Source: Verrucomicrobiota bacterium
GTDB taxonomy: Bacteria > Verrucomicrobiota > Verrucomicrobiia > Limisphaerales > SXQI01
Assembly: GCA_033762115.1 (NCBI GenBank)
Contig: JANRLX010000133.1
Span: 1 to 14,798 of the forward strand
Direction of reading: 5' to 3'
DNA: 14,798 nt
Part shown: positions 6,889 through 14,798 of the stretch, one piece after another
How the letters are laid out: every line of letters starts with the position of its first letter
Numbering within the stretch: the first letter of the stretch is position 1
Notes under the pieces: generated by a model
Seen by the model: only the letters and a program-made list of their open reading frames with translations
What the model was told of the DNA's origin: nothing
The model's database searches: none
Program-made: the position numbers and the translations under genes

Positions 6889-8615
6889 AAAAGGGAATCA
6901 TCATTTTCATTCTGCTGGCAGTGATTGCTGCCGTAGCTGCGTTGCTGAACCGGCAGACTCAAGAAACTTCCCGGAAGGCAGATTCGCGAAAAGTCCTGTT
7001 TTATCAAAGCGCGATGCATCCCTGGATCAAGTCGGACAAGCCGGGAAACTGCACGATCTGCGGAATGAAGCTTTCTCCTGTTTATGAAGGGGAACAGTCG
7101 ATGGGGACGAATGAAAATCTGGTGCTGCTCGGCAGCAATACGATCACGGTCCTGAATGTCGCCACGGAAAAGGCTGCCGTTCGTCCACTGTCGCGGCGGT
7201 TAACCGTGGCAGGAACCATTGATGACAATGAATCCACCCATCGGATCATCTCCGCGTATGTGGATGCGCGAGTGGACAAGTTGTGGGTCAATTTTCTCGG
7301 GGCGGAAGTGCGTGCTGGAGAGCCGATGGTTTCCATTTACAGCCCTGCCTTGCTGACCGCGGAACAGGAATACCTGACATTGCTTCGCCGCCAAAACTCC
7401 GGAATCACAGGATTGCCGGGTGAAGCCCACCAGGAATTGCTTGCGGCTGCCCAGGGACGATTGTTGCGGATGGGTTTGAGCGAAGCGCAAATCGCCGGGA
7501 TTCAGGATAAATCACCAACAAATTTCCAATCTGAAATTTTGGCGCCGATCTCCGGGACCGTGGTTTTGAAGCAAATTTACGAGGGCCAGTATGTCAAGGA
7601 AGGGGAACCCCTCTTTGAAATCTCTGATTTTTCGACCATGTGGTTTTTGTTCGATGCTTACGAGAGGGATCTTGCCTTTTTGCGACCTGGCCAAAAAGTG
7701 ATCGTTCGTCCAGCAGCCACCCCCGATAAAAAGTTTGAAGGGCAGATTACCTTTATCAATCCGAATATTGATCCGATGACGCGTTCTTCCAAGGTGCGTG
7801 TGGAAATTCCGAATCCGCTCATTAACATCAACGGGCGCCAGCAACGTCTCCTGTTCCATCGCAGCTATGCCGAGGCAGATGTGCAGATCGAGCAGCCTTC
7901 CGCATTGGCCGTTCCGCGCGAAGCGGTGCTCCAGCCAGGTCATTCACCCCGCATTTATGTTGAGCGGGAACCAGGAGCTTACGAACCGCGCCTGGTCGAA
8001 CTCGGATTTGTTGGTGACACACATATCGAAATCCGCTCCGGGCTTTCAGAAGGTGAAAAGGTTGTTTTACAAGGGAACATGTTGATCGATGCCCAGGCAC
8101 AATTGAGCAACGTGCCTCATCCAGCAGTTCACAGCCACGGCTCACAAACTTCGATTAACCGGGATAAAACGGCTACAGCCCTTTCAACGAAAGAACAGTC
8201 AGCCTTAAATTCCTTTGTCCAGGCTTCCTCCGCGATATCTGCGGCATTGGCTTCGGATGATTTTTCGGCAGCTTCCGCTGCGTTGCCTGCATACCAGGAA
8301 AGCCTGCGCGTGGTGATGGAAATATTCCAAGGACATCCCACGATTCATGAGTGGCACACCCTGCAGGAGATTGAACTTTCCAACGAAAACATCAAAAGGC
8401 TGCGTCAGGCCTTTTCGCAACAGAATGCAGCTCTTAACAAGATTTTCAAAACCATCGGCGCTCCCACAAATGGCATTCTCTATCAATGCCCCATGTTCCC
8501 ACGACCCGGTAAAACGGCTTACTGGGTTCAGGCAGCAGGTCCTTTGCGGAATCCATATTGGGGGGCGGAAATGCTTGAGTGTGGCACAGCGATCAAACCG
8601 AACGAGCAACCATGA
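6885..8615 (+). CDS. cusB: CusB-type periplasmic adaptor with N-terminal heavy-metal-binding domain and C-terminal DUF3347-like domain
   Basis: TM anchor; YQSAMHPWI....PGNCTICGMKL; IYSP.L..AEQEY; APISGTV....EGQYV..G..LFEI.D; C-terminal YQCPM...W.Q....LRNPYWGAEMLECG. TTG start overlaps the upstream TGA. Confidence 0.9.
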   Translation: MKKGIIIFILLAVIAAVAALLNRQTQETSRKADSRKVLFYQSAMHPWIKSDKPGNCTICGMKLSPVYEGEQSMGTNENLVLLGSNTITVLNVATEKAAVRPLSRRLTVAGTIDDNESTHRIISAYVDARVDKLWVNFLGAEVRAGEPMVSIYSPALLTAEQEYLTLLRRQNSGITGLPGEAHQELLAAAQGRLLRMGLSEAQIAGIQDKSPTNFQSEILAPISGTVVLKQIYEGQYVKEGEPLFEISDFSTMWFLFDAYERDLAFLRPGQKVIVRPAATPDKKFEGQITFINPNIDPMTRSSKVRVEIPNPLININGRQQRLLFHRSYAEADVQIEQPSALAVPREAVLQPGHSPRIYVEREPGAYEPRLVELGFVGDTHIEIRSGLSEGEKVVLQGNMLIDAQAQLSNVPHPAVHSHGSQTSINRDKTATALSTKEQSALNSFVQASSAISAALASDDFSAASAALPAYQESLRVVMEIFQGHPTIHEWHTLQEIELSNENIKRLRQAFSQQNAALNKIFKTIGAPTNGILYQCPMFPRPGKTAYWVQAAGPLRNPYWGAEMLECGTAIKPNEQP

Positions 8616-11600
8616 TAAATCGGCTGATCGAATGGTCGATGCGGAACCGTTTTCTGGTTCTTTGCTGTGCGCTGTTCCTTGTTGGGTTTGGCACTCGGGC
8701 GATTTACCGAACCCCGGTGGATGCGATTCCTGACCTCAGCGAAAATCAGGTGATTGTCTTTGCGGACTGGATGGGGCGAAGCCCGCAGGAAGTTGAAGAC
8801 CAGGTAACCTATCCACTCTCGGCAAATCTTCAGGGATTGGCAGGGGTGAAGAGTGTGAGGGCCACATCCATGTTCGGGTTCTCACTCCTGACGATTATTT
8901 TTGATGACAACATTGATAATTATTTTGCCCGCACCCGTGTGCTGGAACGGTTAAATTATCTTGGGACCCTGCTGCCGGAGGGAGTCATTCCAAGACTGGG
9001 ACCTGATGCAACCGGCCTGGGCTGGATTTTCCAATATTATCTGTCAGTAGACCCGGCGACTTCCCCGAAAGGCGGTTACGATCTTGGCCAGCTTCGTTCC
9101 ATTCAGGACTGGTTTGTTCGCTACAGTTTGAATTCAGTGCAGGGTGTTGCGGAGGTGGCGAGTATCGGAGGCTTCGTTAAACAGTTCCAGGTCGAGTTGT
9201 CTTCCACGAAATTACGCGCAGCAGAGATTCCCCTTGGGGATGTTTTGAAAGCCATTGCTGAAAGCAACCTCAACGTTGGCGGAAAGGTTTTGGAAGAGAA
9301 TGGAATGGAATTTGTCGTTCGTGGCGTGGGATTGCTTCAAAGCGTGCAGGATATTGAGAACATCGTTGTGCTGGAACGGGGCGGGGTGCCTGTGTATCTG
9401 CGCGATTTGGGAACCGTCCAGGTGGGAGGTGATTTCAGGAGAGGGGCCCTGGATGTGGATGGGCAGGAAGTGGTCGGCGGCGTGGTGGTCATGCGTAACG
9501 GTGAAAACGCGATGCGGGTCATTGAACGGGTGAAGGAACGGATCAAGCAGATATCACCCAGCCTGCCACCGGGTGTTTCGATCAAATCATTTTATGATCG
9601 GGGAGAATTGATCGAGCGGACGATTGATACCCTGCGCCATGCGCTGATGGAGGAAATCATTCTTGTGACGATAGCGCACATCCTGTTTTTGTGGCATTTC
9701 CGAAGCATCCTGATCGTGACCGTTCCATTGCCGCTTTCGATCCTGGTCTCATTTATCCTGATGAACCAGTTTGGCATCAGCTCAAACATCATGTCGCTGA
9801 GTGGTATTGCCATTGCGATTGGTGTGCTGGTTGATGCAGCAATCGTTCTTACCGAAAATGTGATTCGTCATTGCGAAAGGGAAGAGGAGGAAAAAGGTCG
9901 CCGATTGACTTCTGCGGAGACTTTTGCCGTCACGATGCTCGCGAGCAAACAGGTGGGGCGTCCCATTTTTTTCGCCATGTTGATCATTCTTCTTGCGTTT
10001 ATTCCTGTGTTCGCCCTGGAAGGGCAGGGTGGGAAACTGTTTCATCCACTTGCATTTACCAAGACCTTTGCCATGGCTGGCTCGACGGTTCTTGCGGTGA
10101 CGCTGGTCCCGGTCCTCTGCTCGATCCTGGTGCGAGGCCCGTTTCATCGTGAAGATCGGAACCTGATCATGCGCAGCTTGCTGCGAATATATGATCCGCT
10201 TCTTGGATGGGCTTTGCGGCATGGTGTCATGGTGATTCTCGGGGCGATGCTGCTGCTGGGGACTGCGGTGGTAATTGCCTTTGGACTTCCGCGAGAGGTG
10301 GTGACGAAAATTGATCGGGCTGGTTTTCCCGCCATTGCCCGCGGGGTGCGGGGAATGGGCAGTGAATTCATGCCGCCCTTGAATGAGGGCAGCCTGCTTT
10401 TCATGCCGGTGCTGCTGCCGAGCAGTTCATTGAGCGAGGTCAAGCGGATCATGGCCTGGCAGGACAAAGTCCTCAAAGCCACCCCTGAAGTTATTTCTGT
10501 CGCGGGAAAGCTGGGGCGTGCGGAAACAGCGACTGATCCTGCTCCCGTCGAAATGATCGAGACCACTATCATGCTGAAGCCACAATCGGAATGGCGGGAA
10601 GGCATGACCCGGGAACGGCTGATCACGGAACTTGGGGACAAGGTGTCGCAGATCCCCGGCTATGTTCCTGGATTTCTCCAACCGATCGAAAACCGCATCC
10701 TGATGATCAGCACCGGTATCCGTGCGCAGGTGGGAGTGAAAATTTTTGGGGATGATCTGGACCAGCTTCAGTCGATTGCCTTTGATGTCGAACGTGTGCT
10801 GCAACAGGTGCCAGGATCAGTGGGTGTGGCGCCCTCGCGCCTTCAGGGAAAACCATATCTCGAAATCGAAGTGAATCGAACCGCAATTGCGCGTTACGGT
10901 TTGCGTCCCCAGCAGGTCCTCGAAGCTGTTGAAGTGGGACTTGGGGGGCGAAATGTGACTTCCTTGATTGATGGGAGAGAACGTTATCCTGTCCAGGTCC
11001 GGTTGCAACAAACTGAACGTGCCGACCTGCGCCAGTTGGGTGATCTTTTGGTTGCTACACCCTCAATGCAGTTCATTCCCCTCGGGCAGCTTGCCACAAT
11101 CAAACGGGTGCTCGGACCAAGCGAGATCAGCAGCGAAAACGGACGATTGCGAGTCTTTGTTCAGGCGAATGTCCATGAACGTGACCTCGGCGGTTTTGTT
11201 GAGGAAGCTCGTGAACGGGTCGCGCGGGAAGTCCTGTTGCCGCAAGGTGTCACGATTGAGTGGAGCGGTGAATATGAAAACCAGCTTCGTGCCCAGCGGA
11301 CGTTGCAAGTTATTGTTCCCTCTGTCCTGCTCATCATTTTTATTTTGCTCTATATTGTTTACAACAATGCAAAAGAAGCGGCACATGTGATCCTTGCGGT
11401 GCCGTTCGCCCTGACCGGGGGCGTCTTCCTGCAATACCTGCTCGGCTTCAACTTCAGTGTCGCGGTTTGGGTTGGGTATATTGCGCTCTTTGGGACTGCC
11501 ATCCAAACCGGGGTGGTGATGGTTGTTTATCTCGAGGAAGCTCTCGCAAAAAAGCAGGCTGAAGCAGGCAGAAATTTCGATGAGTCCACCCTCATTCAGG

Positions 11601-11848
11601 CAGTCAAGGATGGGGCGCGATTGCGGTTGCGTCCGAAAGTGATGACCGTGGCAACGATTGTTGCCAGTTTATTGCCGATCATGTGGAGCCAGAAAACCGG
11701 GGCAGAAGTGATGAAGCCACTGGCGACCCCGGTAATCGGGGGAATGATCAGCAGCCTGATTCACATTCTCATTGTCACGCCCGTTATTTTTACCTGGTTG
11801 CGGAAACGGGAATTGCGCGCCGGAAAGCTCACCGCCGCCCAAAGCTGA
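8612..11848 (+). CDS. cusA: CusA/SilA-type heavy metal efflux RND permease
   Basis: MINRLIEWS..NRFLV, DAIPDLSENQVIV, LGPDATGLGW, AIGVLVDAAIV, LFHPLAFTKT, RLRPKVMT, P.IGG..SS. ATG 8612 forms an ATGA overlap with the cusB stop. Metal-binding Met triad present. Confidence 0.96.
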   Translation: MINRLIEWSMRNRFLVLCCALFLVGFGTRAIYRTPVDAIPDLSENQVIVFADWMGRSPQEVEDQVTYPLSANLQGLAGVKSVRATSMFGFSLLTIIFDDNIDNYFARTRVLERLNYLGTLLPEGVIPRLGPDATGLGWIFQYYLSVDPATSPKGGYDLGQLRSIQDWFVRYSLNSVQGVAEVASIGGFVKQFQVELSSTKLRAAEIPLGDVLKAIAESNLNVGGKVLEENGMEFVVRGVGLLQSVQDIENIVVLERGGVPVYLRDLGTVQVGGDFRRGALDVDGQEVVGGVVVMRNGENAMRVIERVKERIKQISPSLPPGVSIKSFYDRGELIERTIDTLRHALMEEIILVTIAHILFLWHFRSILIVTVPLPLSILVSFILMNQFGISSNIMSLSGIAIAIGVLVDAAIVLTENVIRHCEREEEEKGRRLTSAETFAVTMLASKQVGRPIFFAMLIILLAFIPVFALEGQGGKLFHPLAFTKTFAMAGSTVLAVTLVPVLCSILVRGPFHREDRNLIMRSLLRIYDPLLGWALRHGVMVILGAMLLLGTAVVIAFGLPREVVTKIDRAGFPAIARGVRGMGSEFMPPLNEGSLLFMPVLLPSSSLSEVKRIMAWQDKVLKATPEVISVAGKLGRAETATDPAPVEMIETTIMLKPQSEWREGMTRERLITELGDKVSQIPGYVPGFLQPIENRILMISTGIRAQVGVKIFGDDLDQLQSIAFDVERVLQQVPGSVGVAPSRLQGKPYLEIEVNRTAIARYGLRPQQVLEAVEVGLGGRNVTSLIDGRERYPVQVRLQQTERADLRQLGDLLVATPSMQFIPLGQLATIKRVLGPSEISSENGRLRVFVQANVHERDLGGFVEEARERVAREVLLPQGVTIEWSGEYENQLRAQRTLQVIVPSVLLIIFILLYIVYNNAKEAAHVILAVPFALTGGVFLQYLLGFNFSVAVWVGYIALFGTAIQTGVVMVVYLEEALAKKQAEAGRNFDESTLIQAVKDGARLRLRPKVMTVATIVASLLPIMWSQKTGAEVMKPLATPVIGGMISSLIHILIVTPVIFTWLRKRELRAGKLTAAQS

Positions 11849-11849
11849 A

Positions 11850-12791
11850 TCAACGACGCTCGACCACGGGGAGTTGCAGGAATGATTCGTAGGCCAGGCG
11901 GACGCCGGTTTTCAGATCGATACTCGGTTTCCAGCCCAATGAAGCAAGCCGCGAGCTATCCATTAATTTCCTGGGAGTTCCGTCAGGCTTGCTGCTGTCC
12001 CATGTGATTTCGCCGGTGAATCCGACCGTCTGCCTGATCAATTCAGCCAGTTCACGAATGGAAATATCGCTGCCGAACCCTACATTGACGAACTGCTCCT
12101 CTGAATAATTTTTCATCAGGAAAATGCAGGCCCGTCCCAGGTCATCTGAATAGAGGAATTCCCGCAACGGCGTGCCAGTGCCCCAACACACGACCTGTTT
12201 TGGTCCCGAAACTTTTGCTTCATGGAATTTTCGAATCAGTGCGGGCAAAACGTGGGAGGTTTCCAGGTCAAAATTGTCATTCGGCCCATACATATTGGTC
12301 GGCATGGCACTGATGAAATCGCAGCCATATTCCCGACGGTAGGCCTGGCACATCTTGATCCCGGCGATCTTTGCGATGGCATACCATTCATTGGTTGGTT
12401 CAAGCGGCCCGGTTAACAAATATTCTTCCTTGAGCGGTTGCGGCGCGAGTTTCGGGTAAATGCAGGAACTGCCCAGGAAAAGCAATTTCTTCACTCCTGC
12501 CTTATAGGCGCCATGAATCAGGTTGTTCTGAATTTCAAGGTTCTCATAGAGGAATGCCGCCGGATGGGAGTTGTTCGCCAGGATGCCACCGACCTTCGCT
12601 GCGGCGACGAAGACATACTCCGGCTTTTCGTTGCGGTAAAATTCCGCGACGGCATTTGAATCCAGCAGGTTCAATTCCTTCCGGCCTTTGCCGATGAGGC
12701 GGGTATAACCTTGTGCCTGCAACTCACGCCAGATGGCGCTGCCGACCAAACCACGATGGCCTGCCACGAAAATTGGAGCGGATTTGTCCAT
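11850..12791 (-). CDS. fcl: GDP-L-fucose synthase
   Basis: IFVAGHRGLVGSA, AAAKVGGILAN, FLGSSCIYPK, LEPTNEWYAIAKIAG, PTNMYGPNDNF, WGTGTPLREFL, KPDGTPRKL. ATG 12791 matches the usual N-terminus. Confidence 0.96.
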   Translation of the reverse strand: MDKSAPIFVAGHRGLVGSAIWRELQAQGYTRLIGKGRKELNLLDSNAVAEFYRNEKPEYVFVAAAKVGGILANNSHPAAFLYENLEIQNNLIHGAYKAGVKKLLFLGSSCIYPKLAPQPLKEEYLLTGPLEPTNEWYAIAKIAGIKMCQAYRREYGCDFISAMPTNMYGPNDNFDLETSHVLPALIRKFHEAKVSGPKQVVCWGTGTPLREFLYSDDLGRACIFLMKNYSEEQFVNVGFGSDISIRELAELIRQTVGFTGEITWDSSKPDGTPRKLMDSSRLASLGWKPSIDLKTGVRLAYESFLQLPVVERR

Positions 12792-12969
12792 GCAATCGAG
12801 GCGGAATTTGGCCCAGAAGCATTCCAAGGGCAAGTGTGTTTATGTTTTATGAAAATGAAAATGGACATATTTTGAAACAGCAAGTAATGGGAAGACATAG
12901 AGGCGCACAGCTCCAGGCAGCGAAAGTGCTTGCGTTTTGCCCCCTCAAACGGATGATTTTTCGCAATAT

Positions 12970-13713
12970 ATGAATTCAGAGACGGTCGGCAATGCCGGCA
13001 TGTACGATTTTTTAGGTTGGATCGAGGTGAACAGGAACAAGATTGCCACTGCCCTGGTCATTGCGGTAGCTGTTGGTTTTGTCTTCTTTTTCATGCGCCA
13101 CCGGAAGAACGTGAAAGAGGCTGAAGCCAGTACGCAACTTCTCGCGCTGCGCCCTGCCCTGAATGCCGGGACCAACGCCGTTCCTGTCTCGGCCTCCGCT
13201 TATCAGAAGGTTGCGGAGGAGTTCGCCGGAACCCGGGCTGCTGAACGCGCGCTTCTTCTCGCGGCAACCGCACTTTTTACTGAAAGTAAGTATGCCGAAG
13301 CCCAGGCTGCTTTTGAGAAGATGCTCAAGCAAAACCCGAACAGCATATGGGCTCCCCAGGCGGCCTACGGTGTTGCCACCTCAATTGAAGCACAGGGCAA
13401 ACAGGACCAGGCACTCCAGGAGTATCGAAACATTGTCAGCAGATATCCCAACAGCGGAGTGATCGGGGACACGCGCCTGGCGCTTGCGCGTATTTACGAA
13501 TCGAAAAAGCAACCGGAACTTGCCCTGACGGAGTACGACCAGTTGACCCGCGGTTCGGATGCTTTCGGTGGTGGTGAAGTCATGACCCTGCGCCAGAACC
13601 TGCTCAAAAATTATCCTCACCTCGCAAAGACAAATGTGCCTACCGCCTCCATGCCTGGAACAAATGTGATGACCCGTCCTGCCACAGCCACCAACAGCGC
13701 TCCATCCAAATAA
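12970..13713 (+). CDS. Membrane-anchored tetratricopeptide-repeat protein (YfgM/BamD/CpoB-like)
   Basis: Single N-terminal TM helix (KIATALVIAVAVGFVFFF), TPR-like helices (A..LF...KY.EA...F......PNS..A..A.YG.A), Thr/Pro/Ala-rich tail. The start may be 12970 or 13000. Confidence 0.8.
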   Translation: MNSETVGNAGMYDFLGWIEVNRNKIATALVIAVAVGFVFFFMRHRKNVKEAEASTQLLALRPALNAGTNAVPVSASAYQKVAEEFAGTRAAERALLLAATALFTESKYAEAQAAFEKMLKQNPNSIWAPQAAYGVATSIEAQGKQDQALQEYRNIVSRYPNSGVIGDTRLALARIYESKKQPELALTEYDQLTRGSDAFGGGEVMTLRQNLLKNYPHLAKTNVPTASMPGTNVMTRPATATNSAPSK

Positions 13714-13724
13714 CTATGAAACCG

Positions 13725-14798
13725 ATGAAGCTGACCATTATTGGCACTGGTTACGTTGGTCTTGTGACCGGCGCCTGTTTTGCTGCGGTGGGTCACAATG
13801 TCATTTGCGTTGATTGCGACGAAAATAAAATCAAGATGCTCAAAAGCGGGAAAATCCCAATTTATGAGCCCGGTCTTGAAGACCTGGTCGCGGAAAATGT
13901 CGAAGCGGGAAGGCTTCACTTCACGAATTCGACGAAGGAGGGGGTGGAGAAGTCAGATATTATTTTCATTGCTGTCCCCACTCCGCCCCTGCCGGATGGA
14001 GGGGTGGACTTAAGCTTTATCGAAGGTGTGGCCCGGGACATTGCCGGGTGCATGACCAGCTATAAAATCGTGGTCGATAAGAGCACCGTCCCGGTCAAGA
14101 CAGGGGACAAGGTTTCAGAGACGATCAAACGATATTGCAAGGCCAAGGTTGAAGTCGATGTCGTCAGCAATCCTGAGTTTCTCCGGGAGGGTTCGGCGGT
14201 TGAAGATTTGATGAAGCCGGACCGGATTGTCATTGGGGTGCGCTCGCAACGACCGGTACAGGCAATGAAGGAGGTCTACACCCCATTCAATGCGCCAATT
14301 ATTGTGACCGACATCAATTCGGCTGAGTTGATCAAGCATGCCGCCAATTCCTTCCTTGCGCTGAAAATTTCCTATATCAATGCCATTTCCATTCTTTGCG
14401 AGGCTTCGGGCGCGAACGTGCAGGAGGTTGCAAACGGGATTGGAATGGATGAACGGATTGGGCGGCGGTTTCTTGATGCCTCCCTTGGTTTTGGTGGAAG
14501 CTGTTTTCCGAAGGACCTTAGCGCGTTCATCAAAATTTCTGAGCAGCTTGGTTACGATTTTTCCCTGTTGAAGGAGGTCCAGCGTATCAACGCTGGACAG
14601 ATGGAGCGGTTCGTTAAAAAAATTACCGACACGCTTTGGGTGCTCAAGGACAAGAAGATCGGTGTGCTCGGCCTGGCATTTAAACAAAATACGGATGACG
14701 TCCGCATGTCGCCTGCAATCGACCTGTGCCATCGTTTATTGAAGGATGGCGCGATCCTGCGTGTGTATGATCCCCAGGCGATGGAAAAGGCCAGGCCG
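13725..14798 (+). CDS. ugd: UDP-glucose 6-dehydrogenase (3'-truncated by window; absent from ORF track)
   Basis: Manual translation: MKLTIIGTGYVGLVTGACFA..GH.V.CVD, PIYEPGL, IFIAVPTP, KSTVPV, SNPEFLREG, SAELIKHAANSFLALKISYIN, catalytic GFGGSCFPKD, LGLAFKQNTDD.R. In-frame alternative ATG at 13716. Confidence 0.95.
   Translation, partial: MKLTIIGTGYVGLVTGACFAAVGHNVICVDCDENKIKMLKSGKIPIYEPGLEDLVAENVEAGRLHFTNSTKEGVEKSDIIFIAVPTPPLPDGGVDLSFIEGVARDIAGCMTSYKIVVDKSTVPVKTGDKVSETIKRYCKAKVEVDVVSNPEFLREGSAVEDLMKPDRIVIGVRSQRPVQAMKEVYTPFNAPIIVTDINSAELIKHAANSFLALKISYINAISILCEASGANVQEVANGIGMDERIGRRFLDASLGFGGSCFPKDLSAFIKISEQLGYDFSLLKEVQRINAGQMERFVKKITDTLWVLKDKKIGVLGLAFKQNTDDVRMSPAIDLCHRLLKDGAILRVYDPQAMEKARP

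Noticed and set aside
12845..12887. AT-rich GAAAATGAAAAT repeat resembling half a Fur box, and a weak (12/17) match to the MITE terminus
   Set aside because: The second half of a Fur box is absent and there is no partner inverted repeat; compatible with an ordinary AT-rich divergent promoter region.
14115..14732. 205-aa minus-strand ORF
   Set aside because: Antisense shadow of ugd, which the track missed because it has no stop inside the window.
1..14798. CRISPR array, tRNA/rRNA, transposase or integrase
   Set aside because: No regularly spaced direct repeats, structural RNA signatures or recombinase motifs found; the HEPN gene has no cas context in this window.

Overview
Bacterial chromosomal window, probably Verrucomicrobiota (inferred from gene style, not proven). 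Left to right: the 3' part of an AT-rich HEPN-motif gene, which appears to carry an in-frame GC-rich palindromic insertion and whose stop codon is the first bases of a 190-bp MITE-like element; a NadD-like nucleotidyltransferase-superfamily gene (minus strand); a Tat-exported Gfo/Idh/MocA oxidoreductase; a small GIY-YIG protein; a DUF218/YdcF protein; a heavy-metal module (small exported Cys protein, Cys-rich leader ORF, then cusC/cusB/cusA-type RND efflux genes); GDP-L-fucose synthase (minus strand); a membrane-anchored TPR protein; and UDP-glucose dehydrogenase running off the right end. Two observations stand out. (1) A candidate metal-sensing translational switch: an exported Cys-rich leader ORF is followed directly by an 11-bp stem that masks the translation-initiation region of the cusC-like gene, and no transcription regulator is nearby. 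(2) Related TA-bounded palindromic mini-elements hit the HEPN gene twice, once in frame. All calls come from reading motifs by eye; no searches or folding programs were run.
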